This document shows, piece after piece, positions 1-8,422 of a DNA stretch of 64,000 nt (its first letter is position 1; each line of letters starts with the position of its first letter). A program made the translations under genes and the position numbers. Source of the DNA: an uncultured Desulfurococcaceae archaeon (GTDB lineage: Archaea > Thermoproteota > Thermoprotei_A > Sulfolobales > NBVN01); contig CAZZLT010000052.1 of NCBI GenBank assembly GCA_964655125.1, forward strand, positions 9,273 to 73,272, in the 5' to 3' direction. The notes below the pieces were generated by a model. The model was not told the DNA's origin, did no database searches, and saw only the letters and a program-made list of their open reading frames with translations.

Positions 1-202
1 CTATAGACATAACGATATATACATCACCTACCTTAATAGCTACACCATCATCTAATACGTCAAGACCTACACCATTTAAGACATTCCTAAACCTTTCAGG
101 AACTTTAGAAACTATTAACTCGTTGATTAAGTCCCACATCTCCTTACCTCCACCACCATGACTTAACGTTATTATCTTAGATATCTTGGAGATACCCCTC
201 AC
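1..202 (-). CDS. HypE / AIR-synthase (PurM-like) family protein, N-terminal fragment (gene runs off window start)
   Basis: Not in the ORF track. Reverse-complement translation from GTG at 202-200 gives VRGISKISKIITLSHGGGGKEMWDLINELIVSKVPERFRNVLNGVGLDVLDDGVAIKVGDVYIVMSI, open to position 1. The I-T-L-x-H-G-x-G-G-x-x-M-x-x-L-I start resembles HypE/AIR-synthase-related N-termini. It begins 9 nt after the stop of the radical SAM gene on the same strand. Confidence 0.5.
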   Translation of the reverse strand, partial: MRGISKISKIITLSHGGGGKEMWDLINELIVSKVPERFRNVLNGVGLDVLDDGVAIKVGDVYIVMSI

Positions 203-211
203 CTTAATTTC

Positions 212-1324
212 CTAATAATAATCCCCTAATAACCACTCATTACCTACGAATACGTTCTTCAACCCTAACTTCCTCATAACTTTAACAGATTCATACATAT
301 GCTTCTTACTAGTTGGTGGTAAGTCCCTTAACATGAAGTCTGGATGGAAAGCTAGTAGTACTACCGGGATCTCATTATTAAGAGATGCTAAGAACTCAGC
401 AATACCTCTAACCTCAATAAGGTCTACATACCCAGGAACCAACAACACACTAACAACTAGTAAGGGTGGTTCATCCCTTAAACTCATCATTGAAGATACT
501 AACTTAATATTCTCCCTCACCCTCTCAACAGCGTTAACACCAGTTAATACTTGATATATCTGAGGTGACCAAGCCTTAAGATCTATCTTAACAATACCAC
601 CACTCTCTAACGATATCTTAACAACCTCACGCATGATATCAGTACTTAAAGTACCGTTAGTCTCCCAACAAATCCTTAAAACCTTACCCCTACCCCTACT
701 TAAAACCTCCCTAGAAATCCTCAACGCATGAATTATATTCGGTGTTGGGTCACCGCCGAAGTAACATATACAGGTGACCTTATCATTTAATGCTGCATTA
801 ACTAATTCATCAACAGTCATTAACTGCTTACTACTTAAAGCCTCAACTCTACCCCTCCAATTCTGACAGTATAAACAGTTTAGTGAGCAAGTCCCGTAGA
901 AGACAGCTAAGTTATAATAACCAACCTCACCAGTAGGTCTTAACGTATACTTAGGGTAACCTCTACCAGTAATTGCTGGACATACAGGGAAAGCTACACA
1001 ATTAGTTGGGTGTGGGTCATAATACCAAGAACCGTAAGCGACTTCAAAAGAACCTAAAGTTGATTTAAACCCATTATCATATGTATAATTACCGCAATAA
1101 CTTAAAACACCATCACTTAGATAGCAATTATTAATACATAAGCTACATCTAAACTTACCACTCCCATACTTAACTAATGGGATCTTAAGTATTTCCCTAG
1201 CTTTCTTATGAGTTGATAGTATATTATCAGGTATAGACTCCATACTCCTTAAACAATCTACACAGTAACCTATAACATCACTTATAATCGGTGATACCCT
1301 ACCACATAAAACACACCTACCCAT
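212..1324 (-). CDS. radical SAM protein (PflA-like / AmmeMemoRadiSam-like activase family)
   Basis: 370-aa ORF with radical-SAM cluster motif CSLNCLYCQNW (CxxxCxxC), an N-terminal CxxC...CxxC zinc-ribbon-like segment (CVLCG..CVDC) and a GGDP glycine-rich block. Confidence 0.8.
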   Translation of the reverse strand: MGRCVLCGRVSPIISDVIGYCVDCLRSMESIPDNILSTHKKAREILKIPLVKYGSGKFRCSLCINNCYLSDGVLSYCGNYTYDNGFKSTLGSFEVAYGSWYYDPHPTNCVAFPVCPAITGRGYPKYTLRPTGEVGYYNLAVFYGTCSLNCLYCQNWRGRVEALSSKQLMTVDELVNAALNDKVTCICYFGGDPTPNIIHALRISREVLSRGRGKVLRICWETNGTLSTDIMREVVKISLESGGIVKIDLKAWSPQIYQVLTGVNAVERVRENIKLVSSMMSLRDEPPLLVVSVLLVPGYVDLIEVRGIAEFLASLNNEIPVVLLAFHPDFMLRDLPPTSKKHMYESVKVMRKLGLKNVFVGNEWLLGDYY

Positions 1325-1453
1325 TATACCACCGTCTGGTAGAGGTCTCCATCCTATGATAGAGGTACTTCAAATCTATACCCTCTACATATCTAAAATG
1401 TTTTGAGTCTTTAGTAAGTACTAGCTAGTAAACATGAATATACACTATATCAG

Positions 1454-3295
1454 TTATCGAATAAGTAACCTACTAACATCGTAATGACCTAGTAAAGGTT
1501 CTGAAGTCTTAAATAAAGCGTAACCAGACCTAATGACTGAACTCCTAATAAGTCCTACCCTATCCGGTGCTAGTTGTAGGTAGTTCATATACTCTCGTGG
1601 TATATCAAGTAGTTCTAAGAACGTCTTCTCCGACCTGAAGATAACTTTAGTATTAGTTAGTTGAAGTATTATCTTATGTACGTCTTTAGGTGAGTGTGTA
1701 GAGAATATAAATCCTAACCCCTTAGCTCTACCTAATCTGGTAACCATTGATATGAAATCAGCTAACATATCCACTTCTTCGTAGGATGTCCCTATAGATG
1801 GGAAGAACCTATGTGCTTCATCAAGTATTACAATTGATGGTCTATCAACACCTTCTTGTAAAGTACTCTTCTTCCAAGCGTATAAAGACCTTAAGTATTC
1901 GTAAGCTATTAAATTCACTATAAATGGGCTTGAACCCTTAGTTAACGAGTAGTCTAAGTCAAGTATTACAGGACCTCTGAAGCCCTTAACTAATAACTCT
2001 ATAGGAGGTATTCCTAAGTAATTACCATCAACTATGACGTCAACATCGTCAGAACTAGCTAAGAAGTTAAGCACCCTCTCAATACTTTCGAGAGTGGCTT
2101 TATGTAACTTCATAGTATTGATTAAATCCTTCTTAAACTTTGAGAACATCATATACAACATGGTGAAGTTCCCGATCCCACCTGCTTCATTCTCTAGGAA
2201 GGTTATTATATTCTTCAAATATATCCTAGCTTGACGTGAGAATAATGGTAAGACATCTAAATGATCTCTTATCTTAACGTAACTTAATGATATAGGTATT
2301 AACTCTATATCCACTTTAAACTTACCTAAATCTAGAGATGCTATAGTTGACTTAATAATACCTAAATCCCTACCATCTAATGAGAGTTCATACCTTACAT
2401 TCAACCCGTAATATGTTGTTAGTACTTTATAGAACCTATCGTATACGTAGTCTCTGAAGACCTCAGTTAAACTACGGTATAACCTCCTCCTTAAAGGTAT
2501 TAAACATGTTATCTGCTTTGGATACTTAAGTATGAGTTCCTCAAACTTACCTATGAATACTTTAGAATCTTTAGGTAGTTGATTAGGTAGTAATACTATC
2601 TGAGAGTAATCACCAGTAACATCTATAACTGTTATGAATACATCCTCCCACGAACTTAATAAACTGAATATTAAGTTTTTAAGAAATGTAGTCTTACCAG
2701 ACCCCGTAGTCCCTACAACTAGTATATGTTTAAAGAACTCATACTTAGGTAGTTTAAGCGGTACTGGGTTATCAGGTATTAAAGCTGTAGGCGATATAAG
2801 AGTACCTAATACAACCCCATCAGTAGGTAATCCAGTAACTACTTCAACTAACTCTGGATTCGTTGGGATCGCAACTGGTGATTGAGGTTCTATAGGTGTT
2901 GTTACAGGTAATCCATCCTCTGTAAGTAGTGGTTCTGCCTCTATTAAGGTATACGTTAATAAGCTCTCAACACCGGATTCAAGACCTATACTTAGAGGTG
3001 TCTCAATCTCTGAAGCTGCGTCAGACCTAACAATACTCTTAACTCTTAATCCAACATACTTTAAACTCTTTAAATCTGTAGCTACTAAGTAATCACCAAC
3101 CCCTATAGATAACCCTTCATTAAAGTACGTGTACGGGTCTACCTCAACAACTACTTTAACACCTTCCTCAGATACTCTAGACTGGTTCCTCCTACTTACG
3201 TAGCCTACGATCTTACCAACTGATGATAACTTAACTATAGCTAATTTAAGTCTATCCTTAAGTAACTCAATAGTTGAATCATGCCGTTCATACAT
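1454..3295 (-). CDS. herA: HerA-like (DUF87, FtsK/HerA superfamily) ATPase
   Basis: 613-aa ORF with Walker A VVGTTGSGKTTFLKNL and Walker B SIVILDEAHRFFP, and an N-terminal beta-rich region consistent with a HAS barrel. It overlaps the upstream NurA-like gene by 8 nt. Confidence 0.75.
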   Translation of the reverse strand: MYERHDSTIELLKDRLKLAIVKLSSVGKIVGYVSRRNQSRVSEEGVKVVVEVDPYTYFNEGLSIGVGDYLVATDLKSLKYVGLRVKSIVRSDAASEIETPLSIGLESGVESLLTYTLIEAEPLLTEDGLPVTTPIEPQSPVAIPTNPELVEVVTGLPTDGVVLGTLISPTALIPDNPVPLKLPKYEFFKHILVVGTTGSGKTTFLKNLIFSLLSSWEDVFITVIDVTGDYSQIVLLPNQLPKDSKVFIGKFEELILKYPKQITCLIPLRRRLYRSLTEVFRDYVYDRFYKVLTTYYGLNVRYELSLDGRDLGIIKSTIASLDLGKFKVDIELIPISLSYVKIRDHLDVLPLFSRQARIYLKNIITFLENEAGGIGNFTMLYMMFSKFKKDLINTMKLHKATLESIERVLNFLASSDDVDVIVDGNYLGIPPIELLVKGFRGPVILDLDYSLTKGSSPFIVNLIAYEYLRSLYAWKKSTLQEGVDRPSIVILDEAHRFFPSIGTSYEEVDMLADFISMVTRLGRAKGLGFIFSTHSPKDVHKIILQLTNTKVIFRSEKTFLELLDIPREYMNYLQLAPDRVGLIRSSVIRSGYALFKTSEPLLGHYDVSRLLIR

Positions 3296-4349
3296 TTTCT
3301 AAAACCTCATAAGGTATTAAAACCTTCTTAGATATGATTAACTTCATAAGCATATCACTCATACTATGCACTAACCTCTTACTGTAGGTATCAGCTATAT
3401 ATAGTTTATAGGGGAGACTTAAACCATAACCCCACGCCTCATAAGCAATATATGATACTATACTATCTATTAATTCATATGGTAAGTCATCATATACTTC
3501 CTTAAGTAGTTCTACTCTGAATATAGAGTATGAACTATAGATTCTAGACCTCGGTATGACAACGTACGTAAAGTACCTCTTAGGCCCTACACTCAACGAA
3601 CACTCATACAATGATGTTCTAAAAGGTCTTGATCCACTACCTAATTCATTAACTAACCTCTCCACATACTCTAAATCTGTTATATTCTTAGAGATTGTAG
3701 ATGTTATGTAGTAGGAATTCCTAACCCTCTTAACCACATTAACTGGTAAGATACTGTTATATCTATACAGTCGTCTTAACTTATCAACTCTATACTCATT
3801 AAGTCTAACTAACTCCTCATTCCATAAAGAGTTAATATTTGGTTGATGTGTTAAGTAGTATATCGGGCCATCAACTATTAATAACGAATTCTGTGGTAAG
3901 TGATGTAAAGCTTTTTCAATCATTAAAGACTCAATACTAATTCTAATATCATGAGCTAACGCATCATTAGGTAAGTACAGGTCTTCAACATACTTAATCC
4001 CAAGCATTACATACTTATTAGTAATTCCTGGATATTCATCACCTACTAAAACCCCTATAAACGGTACCTCTAACAATGACTTACTAACCTCAGGATATAC
4101 TAAGATATTAAACCCTGAAACTACACCACAAGCTAATGCTACCTCATTACCTACAACCTTAATAGTTACTGAAGAAGCATCTGCAGAACCTGTAATAAAT
4201 ACTTTCGAAGGTTTCTCAAGCTCTTTAGGTTTATCTATAGCACTTACATCCTTAACTACCTCAACATCATTTAAACCTATATTAACACTCCTAATACTAC
4301 TATTAGCTAGTAAGTTATCAACAACATTACGTAATACATTCAATAACAT
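3288..4349 (-). CDS. nurA: NurA-like nuclease
   Basis: 353-aa ORF. The blocks ITGSADAS and ISIESLMIEKAL...LLIVDGPIYY resemble the Asp / Glu / D-G catalytic blocks of the NurA domain. It lies directly upstream of and overlaps the HerA-like ATPase, which is the canonical pairing. The call rests on remembered motifs only. Confidence 0.6.
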   Translation of the reverse strand: MLLNVLRNVVDNLLANSSIRSVNIGLNDVEVVKDVSAIDKPKELEKPSKVFITGSADASSVTIKVVGNEVALACGVVSGFNILVYPEVSKSLLEVPFIGVLVGDEYPGITNKYVMLGIKYVEDLYLPNDALAHDIRISIESLMIEKALHHLPQNSLLIVDGPIYYLTHQPNINSLWNEELVRLNEYRVDKLRRLYRYNSILPVNVVKRVRNSYYITSTISKNITDLEYVERLVNELGSGSRPFRTSLYECSLSVGPKRYFTYVVIPRSRIYSSYSIFRVELLKEVYDDLPYELIDSIVSYIAYEAWGYGLSLPYKLYIADTYSKRLVHSMSDMLMKLIISKKVLIPYEVLENV

Positions 4350-4411
4350 CTACTACTTCCAACCAGAAATAACTTAAGTTAAAAAGTTATTAATATTATT
4401 CAAATATTAGC

Positions 4412-4540
4412 TGATGACTCTCCACCATGAATGACTAAGGTTCTGTGTTTTCTGGAGCTTTCCTCATTACTTCGGTTCCCCTCACTGGCACTGCATCATC
4501 TGCTCAGCCCAGCCGTCAGCACCTAGAGGTGAGTCACTAA
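4412..4540 (-). ncRNA. candidate structured ncRNA / leader (G+C-enriched island; unclassified, contains a 5S loop-C-like GAACCGAAGUAAU and K-turn-like boxes)
   Basis: The divergent intergenic gap 4350-4665 contains a stretch far more G+C-rich than its flanks and has no ORF. On the minus strand, helix GACUCACC (4528-4535) pairs with GGAGAGUC (4415-4422) and closes about 120 nt. There is an internal hairpin CUGGGCUG..CAGUGCCAG, a CUGA-GCA-GAUGAUG K-loop-like motif, and blocks shared with 40744-40793. Strand and ends are uncertain. Confidence 0.3.
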
Positions 4541-4665
4541 CATTTAATCTACTTACCCTAAGTTACTAACAGTTCTACCCTTCCTCACACTCAATCATTT
4601 AGTGAGATATTACTGTTTAATAGTTTTATTTACTTATTACATGTATGTGATGTGGCTGAGTACTC

Positions 4666-6153
4666 GTGTCTAGGAGGTTCAGTATTAGTAGTGTTGTGAG
4701 AGGGGGTTTTTGGTTATACCTTAGTAGTGTTATTGATAATTTAGCAGGTTTTCTCTACTGGATGATTGTATCTGCTATAGTTGGACCTACAGTTGTAGGT
4801 ATGGCTAGTGCTATATCGGGCCTCGCATCATTATTCTTAAGCATATTAAATCTTGGAGTAGGTACTGGTGCAACTAGATTCTTCGGTATGTACTTAGGAA
4901 GTGATGATGAAGTTAGACTTTATGAGTATTTCTGGACTTCCTTCATCTTTAACTCATTAATACATGTAATAGCTGGTGTTATAATCATGTCACTAGGTAT
5001 TACCGGATATAGTATAAGTAATATATCAGGTCTCATGCTAGTATTTGCATCACTGATAATAGTAGGTGGTATTGGTGCTATACCATCATCATTAATAACA
5101 TCAATGATAAAGACTGAGGTAATCTTTACAGCGACATTCTTAAGCATACTCTTTAGATTCGGAGTTGGTATTACATTAATAACTATATATAACCTCGGAT
5201 GGGTTGGTGTTGTTATTGGGAATATAATTCAACTATACACTAGATTAATTATAATTACTGTATACTCTATATCTAAAACTTACAAAAGAGTGATTTTCTC
5301 ATATAATGCGTTAAAAGATGTATTAATTGCTGGTTCACCATCATGGCTTCCAGGACTTATAGCATCTATAGGTAGTTGGGTAGGTCTACTATCAGTTTAC
5401 GTTATTTCAGGTGCTTTAGAAACAGGGTATTACTACATATCATCAGCTATATCAAACATAATATTAATGATTTCCTCAAGTATACTAACACTATCTTTCC
5501 CAGTACTTAGTGGTATGCGTGATGGTAGGAAGAGAGCGTTATCTCAAATCATGAAGATCAGTTTAGCACTTACGTTACCGATATCTACTTACGTAATGTT
5601 CTATCCTTGGGTACCGCTTTCATTAATTAGTAAAGAGTACGTTGACTCCAGTACGATACTAACAATACTACTAGCGTCTGCAGCCCCTGCAATAATAACC
5701 TCATGTGTTGGTAGCTTAGTGTATGCGTATGGAAAGTACTTACTAGTTCTGATAGTTAATCTAGCAGTAAGTATTAGTAGGTTAGTACTTTACTATTACT
5801 TAGTACCTAATTATGGTGGTTTAGGTAGTGCTACAGCCTTCACAGTAGGTAATTATGTAGGACTACTAACTACTTTATATGTCATTAAATCAATTAACCT
5901 CATAGTTGATTGGTACCTAATACTTAAAGTTATTCTAATCCCAACATTACTCAGTATTCCGTGCTCAATATTAAATATCAACTGGTTTATAGCATTAATG
6001 ATAGTAGTATCATCATATATTATCTACCTAAAGACTAAGATAATCAGTAAGGATGAGTTGAAAGAGATTATTAAGGCATTACATTTAGAATTCCTAGTTA
6101 GTAAGATTTATAGTAGATATTATGATGTGATAGATAGGATACTAGGATATTAA
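4666..6153 (+). CDS. polysaccharide/oligosaccharide flippase family membrane protein (Wzx/MOP-like)
   Basis: 495-aa ORF with a GTG start, hydrophobic throughout with about 12-14 TM segments. Length and topology are typical of MOP-superfamily flippases. Confidence 0.55.
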   Translation: MSRRFSISSVVRGGFWLYLSSVIDNLAGFLYWMIVSAIVGPTVVGMASAISGLASLFLSILNLGVGTGATRFFGMYLGSDDEVRLYEYFWTSFIFNSLIHVIAGVIIMSLGITGYSISNISGLMLVFASLIIVGGIGAIPSSLITSMIKTEVIFTATFLSILFRFGVGITLITIYNLGWVGVVIGNIIQLYTRLIIITVYSISKTYKRVIFSYNALKDVLIAGSPSWLPGLIASIGSWVGLLSVYVISGALETGYYYISSAISNIILMISSSILTLSFPVLSGMRDGRKRALSQIMKISLALTLPISTYVMFYPWVPLSLISKEYVDSSTILTILLASAAPAIITSCVGSLVYAYGKYLLVLIVNLAVSISRLVLYYYLVPNYGGLGSATAFTVGNYVGLLTTLYVIKSINLIVDWYLILKVILIPTLLSIPCSILNINWFIALMIVVSSYIIYLKTKIISKDELKEIIKALHLEFLVSKIYSRYYDVIDRILGY

Positions 6154-6155
6154 CA

Positions 6156-7580
6156 TTAGCTAATAACAGCTAACTCCCTATCCCTAAATAACGAAACTAA
6201 TAATGCTATAGTTGATATTGTGAAAGACGCTATCGCTGTTGATATAACTAATTTTGAACCGTTATAACTACTCTCTATATTGATTTTGAAGAAGTAGGTA
6301 ATATTACTTTCAAACCTGTATGTCGTATCTCTTATTGAGACTACTACAGTATCTATAGATCCGTAAGCTTCTCTTAAAATACCTAATGAATCGTAAATAA
6401 GTGTTAAGTTTTCTATATACGTAGGTACGTCAACTACGAGACCTCTTAATGGGAGTTTAGAGTATGTTTTAATACCTATTAAGTTTACGATGGTATTAGC
6501 TGCTGATTTATTCATGAACATATCCAGACCTACTAACCTATTAACTAATATCCTAGTGTATACGTTAGCTATTGCTGGAATTTCTAACTCATCATTAACT
6601 ATAGCAAATACTACATATTCATCTAAATCAGTTATACCTACAACCTTACCACTAATATTAGCTACATAAATATCTAATTGCTTAACATCACTAGCTATTA
6701 CAGCTGAACCAGCTATTAATGAAGCTATTAAGATAGCTAGTATTAACTTAGTAATCCTACCTAAGCCAGTAACTGTAACTTCCCTAAAAACTATATTGAA
6801 TAGAGAACCGTAACTACGCCAAAACCTCAACATCTCAAGCCTCTCCTTATTAACTAGTAATAGTAGGAGTGCTATACCTGCTACAAAACCACCTGCATGT
6901 GCGAAGAATGCCACTGCAGCTCCTAACCTAGCATACCCGTAGAGAACTTGAGTTGCAAACCAAAACAACAACCAGTAGGAAGCCCTAACAGTAAAACATA
7001 CTGGGAACACGAAGAAGAACCAACAAGCACTTAATGAAGTTCCCGGGTAAAACATTAAGTACGCAGCTAATACACCACTAATAGCTCCAGAAGCCCCTAA
7101 AGCTGGTATCATTAACGCTGTAACTCCTTGAATATAACTAAATGCTGTATGGAATATCGTAGCGAAGATACCTGAGGTGAAGTAGAGGATTAAGAATCTT
7201 AGAGAACCTAAAGTATTCTCAACACCTCTACCGAATATATAGAGGAAGTACATGTTAAAGAATATATGTAGTATATCACCATGTAAGAACATAGATGTAA
7301 ATACCCTGTAAATATTTGAAGGATCCTCAACTAAAGATATAGGTATATAACTACCTACTTCAACCCAATAACTCCCTATAGACATAAACATGTTGTTAAA
7401 GGACGTAATAACGTATACTATAGTATTAATTATTATCAATGAAACAGTAACTTTAGGGTAACCACCCTCAAAACCACCAGGAAATACCCCAGCTGGTAAA
7501 CCACATCGAAATAACTCCCTATACCTCAACTTAACTACTACCTCACCAAAACTAACATATGATTTGGGAGCTTTAAACAT
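6156..7580 (-). CDS. rhomboid family intramembrane serine protease with long C-terminal extension
   Basis: Rhomboid motifs FLHGDILHIFFNMYF (HxxxN), catalytic GASGAISGV (GxSG) and FFAHAGGFVAG (catalytic His). About 200 additional C-terminal residues are bracketed by two hydrophobic helices. Confidence 0.85.
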   Translation of the reverse strand: MFKAPKSYVSFGEVVVKLRYRELFRCGLPAGVFPGGFEGGYPKVTVSLIIINTIVYVITSFNNMFMSIGSYWVEVGSYIPISLVEDPSNIYRVFTSMFLHGDILHIFFNMYFLYIFGRGVENTLGSLRFLILYFTSGIFATIFHTAFSYIQGVTALMIPALGASGAISGVLAAYLMFYPGTSLSACWFFFVFPVCFTVRASYWLLFWFATQVLYGYARLGAAVAFFAHAGGFVAGIALLLLLVNKERLEMLRFWRSYGSLFNIVFREVTVTGLGRITKLILAILIASLIAGSAVIASDVKQLDIYVANISGKVVGITDLDEYVVFAIVNDELEIPAIANVYTRILVNRLVGLDMFMNKSAANTIVNLIGIKTYSKLPLRGLVVDVPTYIENLTLIYDSLGILREAYGSIDTVVVSIRDTTYRFESNITYFFKINIESSYNGSKLVISTAIASFTISTIALLVSLFRDRELAVIS

Positions 7581-7669
7581 TTCAGTTAGATCATACTCTA
7601 AATAAAGTGGTCAAAACTTGAGAATATACTTTAAAACCTACCTTAAATCTTAATCTTGGTGTTAAGATA

Positions 7670-8140
7670 GTGAGTGAGGAAGGCTACTTATGGCTTATAT
7701 ATGCGTTAGCTACATTCTTAATGTTCGGTATAACTAACTTCCTACTTAAACTCGCTAGTGTTAAGGGAGTCCCATCAATTGAGGGAGTAGTTGTTTTATG
7801 GGTTTCTACAGGATTAGTAGGCCTAACAACACTTCTCATAATATTAATTAGTGGTGTACTTAACCCGTTAAATAATCCGAACCTCCAGAAATTAGACTTT
7901 AAATACTTTATAATACCAGCTATAGCTGGAATAACCTTAGCAATAGGTATGTACTTCCTTAAAGTTGCTGTAGCTACTGGGAAGGCTGGACCAGCAACAG
8001 CTATAGCAGCTTCTAATGCTGCTTTAGTTGCTATACTCTCGTGGTTAGTACTTAACGAGAAGTTATCTTTAAGTGAAGTTTTAGGTATGGTAATATATAT
8101 CATCGCTATAATACTCTTCGCTATAAAACCATTAGGTTAG
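7670..8140 (+). CDS. small EamA/DMT-like membrane transporter
   Basis: 156-aa ORF with about 5 TM helices; the glycine/alanine-rich helices are typical of a single EamA domain. Confidence 0.45.
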   Translation: MSEEGYLWLIYALATFLMFGITNFLLKLASVKGVPSIEGVVVLWVSTGLVGLTTLLIILISGVLNPLNNPNLQKLDFKYFIIPAIAGITLAIGMYFLKVAVATGKAGPATAIAASNAALVAILSWLVLNEKLSLSEVLGMVIYIIAIILFAIKPLG

Positions 8141-8269
8141 TTATTAAGTTGTTTGAGGTATTCAAATTCGCAGGGCCTCATCATAATTCAGAGTCGGAAG
8201 TTCCTAACATCTAAATCTAATATGATTGGTAAAAAATAAGTTTTATTTTAGTTGTATATTATACTCACT

Positions 8270-8422
8270 TCAGGCCTTAGTCTTAACAAATACGTAGACA
8301 GGTGTTCCACAGAAGGGGCATGAACCCTTCAAAGCTTTTCTACCGTTCTTTAACGTTACCTCCTGAGCACCCTTTATCTCTACTTTCTTCCTACACTTTA
8401 CACAGAACCCAACAGCTGGCAA
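8270..8422 (-). CDS. small zinc-ribbon protein (DUF5679-like), not in ORF track
   Basis: Manual translation of the minus strand gives (TTG)PAVGFCVKCRKKVEIKGAQEVTLKNGRKALKGSCPFCGTPVYVFVKTKA*, 50 aa, with two CxxC knuckles. An alternative GTG start lies at 8431. The segment is G+C-richer than its flanks, and a TATA-like CTATATAG lies about 25 nt upstream of the TTG. Confidence 0.65.
   Translation of the reverse strand: MPAVGFCVKCRKKVEIKGAQEVTLKNGRKALKGSCPFCGTPVYVFVKTKA

Noticed and set aside
4439-4465. On the minus strand GAGGAAAGCUCC (4454-4465) resembles RNase P CR-I (GAGGAAAGUCC), and ACAGAACC (4439-4446) resembles CR-V. On the plus strand CAUGAAUGACU resembles CR-IV.
   Set aside because: The CR-I-like and CR-V-like words are only about 10 nt apart, leaving no room for P5/P15 or any catalytic-domain helices. 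The proposed P4 strands are not complementary. The CR-IV-like word is on the opposite strand. The downstream sequence toward 4350 is AT-rich and unstructured. The region is not an RNase P RNA.
7684-8103. 139-aa minus-strand ORF fully inside the EamA-like gene. Similar embedded antisense ORFs occur at 333-554, 2034-2234, 2634-2885, 4920-5147, 11866-12144, 13095-13286, 13978-14316, 17251-17484, 18075-18296, 19610-19822, 23970-24242, 24417-24740, 29065-29277, 29488-29754, 41579-41872, 42375-42593, 48618-48929, 51172-51387, 52617-52853, 53043-53234, 53433-53639, 53670-53870, 54261-54461, 55725-56030, 59508-59696, 59825-60070, 61672-62112, 62164-62376 and 62841-63053.
   Set aside because: All lie antisense within longer ORFs that have clear family signatures. 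Their translations are low-complexity Ser/Thr/Leu/Ile/Pro-rich strings, as expected from reading AT-rich codons backwards, and none has a recognisable motif. They are treated as shadow ORFs.
8160-8215. C/D-like element on the minus strand: ..GAUGUUA-13 nt-CUGA-AUU-AUGAUGA-GGCCCUGCGAAU-UUGA.
   Set aside because: The internal D'/C' pair is excellent, but the would-be terminal C box (GAUGUUA) and D box (UUGA) are poor. A half-mer alone is too short. It is kept only as a note; it could be a circularly permuted or K-loop-containing RNA.
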